Below, in pieces: positions 56,448 through 64,000 of a DNA stretch of 64,000 bases. How positions within the stretch are numbered: the first letter of the stretch is position 1; each line of letters begins with the position of its first letter. Both the position numbers and the translations under genes were made by a program. The stretch is from contig JAGVQJ010000153.1 of assembly GCA_020051775.1 (NCBI GenBank), positions 4,115 to 68,114 of the forward strand, written 5' to 3'. Source of the DNA: Calditrichota bacterium. GTDB lineage: Bacteria > Electryoneota > B3-LCP. A model generated the notes under the pieces. That model was not told the DNA's origin, did no database searches, and saw only the letters and a list, made by a program, of their open reading frames with translations.

Positions 56448-57230
56448 TTAAGCTTTGATGTACCCCAATTTCTTGGAGATTTGACTGGCGATGTCTTTAA
56501 CCGAAGCGCTGAATTTGTCAATCATATCCTTGGTGCAACGGTAGGCTGGAGCGAAGACGTCCACAATCGCTATGATCTCACCGGCTTCATTGCGCACCGG
56601 AGCGGCGATGCTGATGACCATTTCATCACCCTCCTCGGTTTTCTCATAGGCTACGCCTTTCTCACGGACGGTGCCCAGGTCTTTTTGCAGGGTCGCGAAC
56701 GAATATTTCTCGTTCTCCAGGATGGTTTTACGGCCCTTGTGATCCATTATCTCTTTAATCACCTCATCGGACATGCCGGCCAAGAACATCTTTCCAGCAG
56801 CCGAATGGGACAGTGACAGACTTTCGCCCAGGTGCGAACGCACTTTTATGGGCTTGGATGTCAACACTTCATCGGAAACTACGAGACGGGAATTAGTCTT
56901 ATCAATGATGGCAAAACGTGCTGATTCCCCGGTTGTTTGCGCCAGCTTCTCCAAGTAGGGGGCGATCACTTTAGTCGGGCGAATGTTGTTCAAGATTTTC
57001 CGCGATAGCTCGAAAATCTTGGGGCTGAGGCGATAGCGCCCTTTCGCCTGATCTTGATCAACGAAGCCTTCATGAACCAATGTTGTCAGGATGCGGTGCA
57101 CGGTGCTCTTGTTCAAACCGACTCTTTCCCCGATTTCCGATACGCCCATTCCCTCAATGCTCTCACATAGCACTTCTAAAATAGCCAGTGATTTAATGAG
57201 GGATTGTACTAAATGAAAATTTGCAGCCAT
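56448..57230 (-). CDS. IclR-family transcriptional regulator
   Basis: An N-terminal wHTH (LAILEVLCESIEGMGVSEIGERVGLNKSTVHRIL) and a C-terminal IclR effector domain are present. Confidence 0.85.
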   Translation of the reverse strand: MAANFHLVQSLIKSLAILEVLCESIEGMGVSEIGERVGLNKSTVHRILTTLVHEGFVDQDQAKGRYRLSPKIFELSRKILNNIRPTKVIAPYLEKLAQTTGESARFAIIDKTNSRLVVSDEVLTSKPIKVRSHLGESLSLSHSAAGKMFLAGMSDEVIKEIMDHKGRKTILENEKYSFATLQKDLGTVREKGVAYEKTEEGDEMVISIAAPVRNEAGEIIAIVDVFAPAYRCTKDMIDKFSASVKDIASQISKKLGYIKA

Positions 57231-57668
57231 GTTTTCTACCTCAGGAGCTTGGATGAAGCTCTGGTTAGGAGGGTTATTGTCTCTTGGGAAGTGGATTCAA
57301 CATACCACCACCAGACAGTACTTATGGGCGATAATATAATAACTCCTCATATTTATGTCAAGCGATTTTTTGAATATATTACGAATATCTTTTTAGTCTA
57401 ATAATTAGTTAATTATCTGCTTGAGTTTTAATTATTGGAGAATGGCCATTATTGAATCATGTTTATATTTTATGAGCCTTATGAAGCAATATTATATACT
57501 GTGTTTTAAGATAGATAATATTTGTTCCATGTCATTATAATGTTTTAATAATATAGATTCTTCGAGAACCACCACGGTGGAATGATTGCTCTGATAAAAG
57601 CATGGCGCGTGCTTCGGAAACCATTTTTGATTTCGAAGTCCCCCTCGCATTTTGATTCGTCGCTTGGA

Positions 57669-58445
57669 TTACCGTCTTGAGGACCGTTTCGCCACCGCCC
57701 ACCGCCCCAAGGGACCCAGTAAATGAAAAGTATAAATTATCCATCCACGTGAAGCCGGTACATAAGTTAAGGCCTGACGCTTGATAATAGCCGTCCTAAT
57801 CGCCCGCGACACGTCGGCGGCAGTAGCCATCTTGCGATTGCGGCGCCCTTGCCAGACCCCGGCATCGAAAAATTCGGTATCCACCGGACCTGGATTTACC
57901 AAATGAATGGTAACCCCTGATCCCTGCAGCTCGTAGGCCAGTGATTCGGTTAACGCGCTTAAGGCGAATTTGGTAGCACAATACGACGCCATATTGGGAA
58001 TGGCGACCCGTCCGGCAGAGGACGAAACATTGACAATCGCGCCCGATTTCCGCCGTACCATTTCCGGCAATAAGCATGAAATCAGGTGAGCCGGCGCCAG
58101 ATAATTGACGGCTGTCATTTGATATAAATCTTCAGGGGATTCCTGCAGGAAGGGACGATAATTGCCGTAACCGGCATTATTAATCAGGATTTCGGGGTGC
58201 AGATTATGGGTTTGCAGGTCACTGAGGAGGCGGTCGCGAGGCCAGGGATCGGATAAATCACAGGCCATAACTGTGGCATGCCCGTGGGAGCTTTGAATTT
58301 CACTCGCTAAATCATGCAATCGGTCTTGCCGTCGAGCTACCAAAATGACTCGCGCGCCGCGAGCAGCGAAATCCCGGGCGGTTTGAGCCCCGATACCGGA
58401 CGACGCCCCTGTGATGAGAACAAGTTTGTCAGTAAAGACGGGCAT
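57669..58445 (-). CDS. Short-chain dehydrogenase/reductase (SDR)
   Basis: TGASSGIG Rossmann motif and YCATKFAL (YxxxK) are present. VARR suggests an NADP preference. Confidence 0.85.
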   Translation of the reverse strand: MPVFTDKLVLITGASSGIGAQTARDFAARGARVILVARRQDRLHDLASEIQSSHGHATVMACDLSDPWPRDRLLSDLQTHNLHPEILINNAGYGNYRPFLQESPEDLYQMTAVNYLAPAHLISCLLPEMVRRKSGAIVNVSSSAGRVAIPNMASYCATKFALSALTESLAYELQGSGVTIHLVNPGPVDTEFFDAGVWQGRRNRKMATAADVSRAIRTAIIKRQALTYVPASRGWIIYTFHLLGPLGRWAVAKRSSRR

Positions 58446-58451
58446 CAGACC

Positions 58452-59399
58452 TCATCCACTTAACCAAGGATCCACTCCGCTGAAGGTGGCTTTCAGCGCG
58501 GAGGCGCGTGTAGCAAAACGTGCAGATTGCAATCCCTCTTGCCCCCAGCGTAACAGGTGGAAAAGGAACGCCGCTGAAAAAACGTCTCCGCAGCCGGTGG
58601 TATCCACAATCGTCTGCAGCGGGAACGCCGGAATCTCTTCTTTGAGAATCCCCTGTTCATCGGCGTGAAAATAATAGACCCCGTGTTCTCCTCGAGTCAC
58701 GATTACACCCTTTGAGCCATGTTCCAGCAACCAGTCGGCCACATCAACAAGTCCGGCAAAGGTGGTCTTGTTTTGACCGGTTAAACTGATGGCTTCAGCC
58801 CAGGTGAATTGGACATAATCCATGCCTTCCAACCATTCTTGCCAATCTCGCAGGGCGATGAGCCTACGACGGCCCCGGCTGTCAGGCTCGCTAAGAGTCA
58901 AACTATGGATATCTGCCAGAATAGGCCCCTTGTAGACACGGCGAATCCGGCGCATGGTTTCTCGAGTTATATCACGTCCGGAAGTGAAATTGATTAATAA
59001 CCCGTCAGTACCGTTCAGGTGTGTATGGATTTGATCGAATTCAAGCGGAGGTAAGTATAGTTCGGCAGTTTCTTCTTTATCGTCCTGGGTAACACAACGC
59101 AGAGTCACCCGGTTCTGCCGAACTGGAAATTTGATGACGCCATCGGTGAGAATATTTTCAAACCGCTTTAAAAGCGAGAAAAAATCCTGTGAGGCCTCTT
59201 CGCCCACTGCGCAAAGCGGTAAAACCTCTCCGCGACCGCGCAAATAATGCGCCAGAGGCAAGAGATTATAAACGATCCCGCCCCAAGCGGTGGTTTTCAC
59301 GCCATTGGGAAGAATCAGGCTGTCCCGATTAGGCGTTCCAATAACCGCAATTTTCATAGTACTCGACTCCCGGAGCGTAAAAAAGTTGCCACCGTTCAA
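58452..59399 (-). CDS. PfkB-family carbohydrate or nucleoside kinase
   Basis: The ribokinase-like anion-hole motif DTTGCGDVFSAAF is present. It is only 7 nt from the SDR gene. Confidence 0.8.
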   Translation of the reverse strand: MNGGNFFTLRESSTMKIAVIGTPNRDSLILPNGVKTTAWGGIVYNLLPLAHYLRGRGEVLPLCAVGEEASQDFFSLLKRFENILTDGVIKFPVRQNRVTLRCVTQDDKEETAELYLPPLEFDQIHTHLNGTDGLLINFTSGRDITRETMRRIRRVYKGPILADIHSLTLSEPDSRGRRRLIALRDWQEWLEGMDYVQFTWAEAISLTGQNKTTFAGLVDVADWLLEHGSKGVIVTRGEHGVYYFHADEQGILKEEIPAFPLQTIVDTTGCGDVFSAAFLFHLLRWGQEGLQSARFATRASALKATFSGVDPWLSG

Positions 59400-59575
59400 T
59401 TGGCCGGAACCAGCGGCGCCGCTGAGGTTTTACAATCCTGTAATTGGTACGTTAAACAGGGCACGGTTGCAGGCGTAAGTTTAACTTCTTCGCATGGGTA
59501 TACCAAGTCGAATATACTCCTGCAATGGAAAGAATGCAAGGGAAAAATGAGGGGATTAGAGGGGAGCTTAAGGCG

Positions 59576-59809
59576 TCAGTCCTGTAAGCGCCGTTCGCGA
59601 TGCCGGCGTTCCACGTGCAGGCGACGTTCTCCAGTGCCTTCCAAACGGCGCTGTTGCAGCTTCAAGCCTTCAGGGGAGAAGTCACGGCGTTCACCTATAC
59701 GTCGTTCGCCTTCCCGACGATTAATGAAGACTTTGCCCATTTCAGTCACCTTAGTACCTGTAATGTGGGTAGTAATCCACGGCATTGGCTGGGTACAAAA
59801 GTTACACAA
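59576..59809 (-). CDS. Small Arg-rich hypothetical protein with GERR repeats
   Basis: 77-aa ORF downstream of rpoD. It is highly basic and repetitive (RREGERRIGERR...GERRLHVERRHRERR). It could be spurious. Confidence 0.2.
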   Translation of the reverse strand: MCNFCTQPMPWITTHITGTKVTEMGKVFINRREGERRIGERRDFSPEGLKLQQRRLEGTGERRLHVERRHRERRLQD

Positions 59810-59943
59810 TATTCACGCGTATGTCAAGCCATAATTGAATGATCTTCTGATGGGAATAGGTTGTCTAAAAAGGCTTGTTCATTCTATTGGAAAACCCATT
59901 GAACCGGCCTTTTAGACAGTTTCATGAACCCATTCAGACAGGA

Positions 59944-60801
59944 TCATCCCAGATAAGATCGCAGAGATTTCGAGCGGCTGGCGTGGCGCAACCTGCGAAT
60001 TGCCTTCTCCTTGATCTGGCGTACGCGTTCACGAGTCAGATTAAACTTCTCCCCGATCTCTTCTAAGGTTAGCGGGTGCTCGCGATTCAAACCAAAGTAC
60101 AACCTCACTACCTCCGCTTCACGGCGCGACAGCGTTTGCAAGGCGCGTTCCACCTCTTTGCGCAATGATTCTTCCATCAGACCGTGATCAGGTGAGGGCG
60201 CCCGATCGTTGTGAATAATATCCAGCAGCCGGTTATCTTCACCTTGATTGAAGGGCGCATCCATGGACAGATGGCGACCGGACATTTTCAACGTGTCCGT
60301 GACCTCAAAAGCGGTCATGTCGAGTTGTTCGGCAATCTCTTCAGGGGATGGCTCCCGCTCAAATTCCTGCTCAAGGTTGCTGAAGGCTTTACCGATTTTG
60401 TTCAGGGCGCCCACGCGGTTTAGAGGCAGGCGCACCACACGGGACTGTTCCGCTAACGCCTGTAGGATGGATTGGCGGATCCACCACACGGCATAGCTAA
60501 TGAATTTGAAGCCTCGGGTTTCATCGAATCGCTTCGCTGCCTTGATTAATCCTAAATTGCCCTCGTTAATCAAGTCGCCCAGAGATAAACCCTGATTCTG
60601 ATACTGCTTGGCAACGCTGACAACGAAACGTAGATTGGCTTTTGTTAATTTCTCCAGTGCGGCCTGGTCATCCTGTTTGATGCGCCGTGCCAGATCAATT
60701 TCATCATCCGGATTGAGTAATTCGACTTCGCCGATTTCCTGGAGGTATTTTTCCAGAGATTGGTTTGCTCTGATGTTGATCTTCTTTGAGATCTTCGTCA
60801 T
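59944..60801 (-). CDS. rpoD: Primary RNA polymerase sigma factor, Bacteroidota-type short RpoD
   Basis: 285 aa and near-collinear with Bacteroides sigma-A: [66 protein letters not shown] and [26 protein letters not shown]. Confidence 0.95.
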   Translation of the reverse strand: MTKISKKINIRANQSLEKYLQEIGEVELLNPDDEIDLARRIKQDDQAALEKLTKANLRFVVSVAKQYQNQGLSLGDLINEGNLGLIKAAKRFDETRGFKFISYAVWWIRQSILQALAEQSRVVRLPLNRVGALNKIGKAFSNLEQEFEREPSPEEIAEQLDMTAFEVTDTLKMSGRHLSMDAPFNQGEDNRLLDIIHNDRAPSPDHGLMEESLRKEVERALQTLSRREAEVVRLYFGLNREHPLTLEEIGEKFNLTRERVRQIKEKAIRRLRHASRSKSLRSYLG

Positions 60802-60895
60802 GAATGCTCCGTTGGATGGTCTTCCCCGTAGCGTCAGGCCATTTCTCCGGCAAATTCAAGGCCAGTTTACCTCCGGATTGATAGCGCCAACCGAA

Positions 60896-62392
60896 TCAAG
60901 GTTTGATAAATTCAAATGTTTCCCGGTTGCCGCGCATCAAGCGGAAACTGAGCGTTCCCTTCGAATCGTCAAAATCAGCCACGATCCGGCGATAAGTCCT
61001 GAGATCCGCAATCGGTTTTCGATTGATTTCGACAATTACGTCTCCTGGTTCAATTTTTCCCTCAGCCGGGCTGTTGAAATCCACATCGGTCACCAGTACG
61101 CCATTACGGGCCTGCACGTCAAATTGGCGGGCTTGCGGTGAATCCACATCCAGCACGTGCAATCCGAGCCAGACGTTTTCTTTTTCCTGCCTGGGCTGCT
61201 GCCGGAGGGCGACGGCATCCTTGCGATTGCCCAATTCGAATTTCATGTTGCGGGATTTGCCATCACGCAGTACCTCCAACGCGACGTTACTTCCGGGCTT
61301 GAATCCGGCGATGAGGAATCGGAATCCGGTAGGATCTGTAATTAACTGGCCGTTGACCGCAGTAATAACGTCACCCGCTTGCAAACCACCTTTGTCAGCC
61401 GGTGTGCCCTCTTCCACCATATCCACCAATATGCCCTTGACGTCGGTGGGAATCTTTAAGGCTTCTCGAGCGGCATCATCTATTTCCCGAGGGACTAATC
61501 CCAAATAACCGCGTGTCACCTGATGATCGGGTCCGCGCAATTGATCCATGATGCTCTTAGCAATATTGATCGGGATGGCAAAGCCGATCCCCTGCCCTTG
61601 AGTATTGATTGCCGTATTAACGCCGATCACCTGGCCGCGAATGTTGACCAACGGCCCGCCGGAATTACCGAAATTAATGGAGGCATCTGTCTGGATGAAA
61701 TTTTGATAGGAAGGCCCACCCCCAGCGATGGCCAAATTGGATCGCCCTTTGGCGGAAATTACGCCCACGGTCACAGATCCTTCCAAGCCAAAGGGAGCGC
61801 CGATGGCAATCGCCCAATCTGCCACTTTGATATCATCGGAGTTGCCCAGCTCGGCTACTTGATTATCGCTGAATTTACTATCTTTGACTCGAATTACAGC
61901 CACATCGGATTCTGGGTCGGTACCGACGATTTCGGCGGGATGCTTATGACCATTGGCGTCGGTAACGGTGATCTCCTGAGCGCCACCCACGACATGATTG
62001 TTGGTCAGGATATATCCTTCTTTATCAACGATGATACCCGATCCACCTGAGGTGACCCCCCGTGGCACCTGGGGATGAAAATCCGGAAAAGGGAATCCGA
62101 AGGGGCTTTGATCGAAATTGTCCCCTCTGCCCTTCTCTTCCTTCTTAGCTGTGATATTAACAACGGCTGGTTTGACTTTATCAGCTACTGCTACGAAGGG
62201 GCTTTCTCCACCCGGAGTTAACAAAGCGGGGATTCCGGTTAAGGGCGCGATTTCCGCTTGCGGTGACTGGGCAACGGTTTCCTGCGTCCATTCCATTCTC
62301 GATGCAAACAGGACCCCCAGAAGCGTAAAGGTGACCGCCAGGATACCCAAGGCGGTCAATCTTTTCATAGTCCTTATAGTTTTTTCGCTCAT
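60896..62392 (-). CDS. htrA: HtrA/DegP-family periplasmic serine endoprotease with two PDZ domains
   Basis: The catalytic-Ser motif GNSGGPL and a His motif in the TNNHVV context are present. There is an N-terminal anchor or signal. The protein is 498 aa. Confidence 0.9.
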   Translation of the reverse strand: MSEKTIRTMKRLTALGILAVTFTLLGVLFASRMEWTQETVAQSPQAEIAPLTGIPALLTPGGESPFVAVADKVKPAVVNITAKKEEKGRGDNFDQSPFGFPFPDFHPQVPRGVTSGGSGIIVDKEGYILTNNHVVGGAQEITVTDANGHKHPAEIVGTDPESDVAVIRVKDSKFSDNQVAELGNSDDIKVADWAIAIGAPFGLEGSVTVGVISAKGRSNLAIAGGGPSYQNFIQTDASINFGNSGGPLVNIRGQVIGVNTAINTQGQGIGFAIPINIAKSIMDQLRGPDHQVTRGYLGLVPREIDDAAREALKIPTDVKGILVDMVEEGTPADKGGLQAGDVITAVNGQLITDPTGFRFLIAGFKPGSNVALEVLRDGKSRNMKFELGNRKDAVALRQQPRQEKENVWLGLHVLDVDSPQARQFDVQARNGVLVTDVDFNSPAEGKIEPGDVIVEINRKPIADLRTYRRIVADFDDSKGTLSFRLMRGNRETFEFIKP

Positions 62393-62624
62393 GGCGCTCT
62401 CATTCTTAATAGTTGAAATTATTACAGGTATAAGTCGCGATGACTCACAGTTTCGTGCGACGTTTTTTCTACCAGTTGATGCTATCGTTCCTTATACTAC
62501 TGAGCAGAAATATTTCTCCCAGAAAAGGACAAACCTCTAAACTGATACGAGAAATAACGCCACCCCGTTCGCGGAATAAACTCGGAGGTGAGGCATTCTC
62601 TTCGCACGAAAATAAGCCTGATAT

Positions 62625-63815
62625 TTAATGGATTTTAACTTCAGCCTCCGGCCAGGGCGGCAACAGCTTGGTTAAAAGGTACAGGATGGCAACCGGTAGT
62701 AGCAACAGGAAGCCGGTCATAAACAACCCTTCAAACCCAAACAACTCGATCTTGTAGACGGTTAAACCGCGCAAGCTTTTGGAGAAAAGCTGACCGCCCA
62801 GCACAACATTCCAGCGCGTACTGAAAATGCCAACCTGCACCAAGATGGCGGCAATCAGGTAAGTGATACGGCGCATTTCATCCGGCACCCGGCCAAAACG
62901 CGCCCATACCAACGCCAGGAGGGGAACCAGGCTGCCCAGAATCAGTTGCGAGACGATCAAACTGATGAAAAGTCGGCTGGAAATCATCTGTGACAGGATG
63001 GTGATGGACTCTTCCGATTCATACAATCGCTGTGTGAAATCCAGCAACTCCAGGGAAAAGTCCACCAGCATGGCATAAATCAGGAATTCGGCCAGCTTGT
63101 TCAGGCAACTCATGTTGATCTCTTTCCACCTGAAGATGGTGGTTACCATGTACAGGAACAGCACTAAAGCAATGCCGGAGACCATGGCGGAGAACAAGAA
63201 AACAATGGGCATGAGGACACTTGACCACCAGGGGTTGGCTTTGATGGACCCGAAGATGAACCCAACATAACCGTGCAGCAGAAAGGCGGAGGGTATGCCG
63301 ATGATGGTGATGATCTTGCCCAATTTATCATCGAATCGCACGGATTTCTCCGACAGATCGGTAGCGCCTAAAGTTAACGCCTTGTAGACGAACCCCATCA
63401 ATCCTTTCTTCTCCTGCGACCATATTACGATGTCCTTGCGATAATCAAGCCAGATTTCCAGAAGCAGTACAACCATCAGATACCATGCATAGACGAATCC
63501 AAACATGGCCATAGCCGACTTCGTGTGGGGTGTTAGAAACATCTCGAAGGCGCGTTCCGGATGACCTAAATGCGCCAGCAGCGGCATGGGAGCTATGAAC
63601 AAGAAAGCCAATGCCGCCAGCAGGGACAATCGGTAGACCGGCTTCAACACGTGCACCTTGAATACTCGCTCCAGTGAAGCCAGAATGAATGCTCCTGCGA
63701 CCAAACCAGTGAGATAAGGATATAAGACCACCAAAATGCCCCAATGCAACTCAAACTCATTGGGATAGATGTACCCGGTGATCTCTTTCAATCCTTCCAG
63801 GATATTACTTTCCAC
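62625..63815 (-). CDS. NrfD/PsrC-family quinol-interacting membrane subunit
   Basis: 396 aa with about 10 TM helices. The N-terminus HWGILVVLYPYLTGLVAGAFILASL is typical of the NrfD family. A GTG start lies 2 nt beyond the stop of the upstream Fe-S subunit gene. Confidence 0.7.
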   Translation of the reverse strand: MESNILEGLKEITGYIYPNEFELHWGILVVLYPYLTGLVAGAFILASLERVFKVHVLKPVYRLSLLAALAFLFIAPMPLLAHLGHPERAFEMFLTPHTKSAMAMFGFVYAWYLMVVLLLEIWLDYRKDIVIWSQEKKGLMGFVYKALTLGATDLSEKSVRFDDKLGKIITIIGIPSAFLLHGYVGFIFGSIKANPWWSSVLMPIVFLFSAMVSGIALVLFLYMVTTIFRWKEINMSCLNKLAEFLIYAMLVDFSLELLDFTQRLYESEESITILSQMISSRLFISLIVSQLILGSLVPLLALVWARFGRVPDEMRRITYLIAAILVQVGIFSTRWNVVLGGQLFSKSLRGLTVYKIELFGFEGLFMTGFLLLLPVAILYLLTKLLPPWPEAEVKIH

Positions 63816-63817
63816 GG

Positions 63818-64000
63818 TTATCTCACCTCCCCATCGGCACCGGCGTAGAATACTTTCGGTTTAGTATTTAGCGAAGCTTTCAAAAGCATGATGTCATTAA
63901 AGCGCAGGAACCGCGCCAACGGACTGCTGCGCTGACCAATTTCTCCGAAAATCCGGGCTTGAGTAGGGCAGGCTTCCACGCACGCCGGCAGTAAGCCTTT
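63818..64000 (-). CDS. Partial 4Fe-4S ferredoxin-type subunit (NrfC/PsrB-like), C-terminal 60 codons, running off the window
   Basis: Hand translation of the minus strand gives ...KGLLPACVEACPTQARIFGEIGQRSS...ADGEVR*. The C..ACP motif is a 4Fe-4S ligand pattern. It is not in the ORF track because it has no in-window Met. Confidence 0.55.
   Translation of the reverse strand, partial: KGLLPACVEACPTQARIFGEIGQRSSPLARFLRFNDIMLLKASLNTKPKVFYAGADGEVR

Noticed and set aside
59600-59842. Plus-strand 80-aa ORF between pfkB and rpoD
   Set aside because: Its composition is not protein-like (FSSAFQTALLQLQAF...) and it overlaps the somewhat more plausible minus-strand small basic ORF. Neither has strong support.

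Overview
This 64-kb window appears to come from an uncultured FCB-superphylum bacterium. The evidence is a 285-aa Bacteroidota-type RpoD and many proteins ending in a T9SS (Por) C-terminal sorting domain. GC is about 55%, strong GGAGG-type Shine-Dalgarno sites are present, and GTG/TTG starts often overlap upstream stop codons. Several gene families suggest an anaerobic lifestyle: HypA, an HgdB-like protein, PduL and an NrfCD-like module. The layout from left to right is as follows. (1) A phage-like remnant (HTH protein, Mom-like GNAT-fold protein, ParB-like nuclease) abuts the 3' end of tRNA-Leu(CAA) and continues off the left edge. (2) An island of secreted T9SS cargo genes: an SBBP beta-propeller protein, an M1 aminopeptidase, two tandem S8 subtilisin paralogs, then later a C25 gingipain-like peptidase and four further cargo proteins, one of which is frameshifted in a C6 homopolymer. 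Six of these share an unnamed ~105-aa module immediately before the CTD. (3) An ABC transporter. (4) A low-GC insertion (a degenerate MNT-like nucleotidyltransferase plus a 526-aa orphan protein) whose stop codon overlaps the purL start. (5) Two toxin-antitoxin-like pairs: MNT/HEPN and DUF4258-like/DUF2283. (6) Housekeeping blocks: glyQS; lon-engB plus an L7/L12-CTD-like membrane protein; hypA plus an HgdB-like protein; yggS-yggT-divIVA-pnp; ileS-traR/dksA-lspA; rluD; iclR-SDR-pfkB; rpoD; htrA; and an NrfD-like gene with a partial NrfC-like gene at the right edge. The noncoding highlights are a tandem pair of 87-nt structured repeats with compensatory stem changes and an identical 22-nt loop (32151-32354), a ~300-nt multi-hairpin region closed by a long-range helix (35222-35524), a (CCAGCCA)x8 microsatellite, a duplicated palindromic operator-like site, and near-consensus sigma70-type promoters ahead of several cargo genes. 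No rRNA genes or CRISPR arrays were seen.
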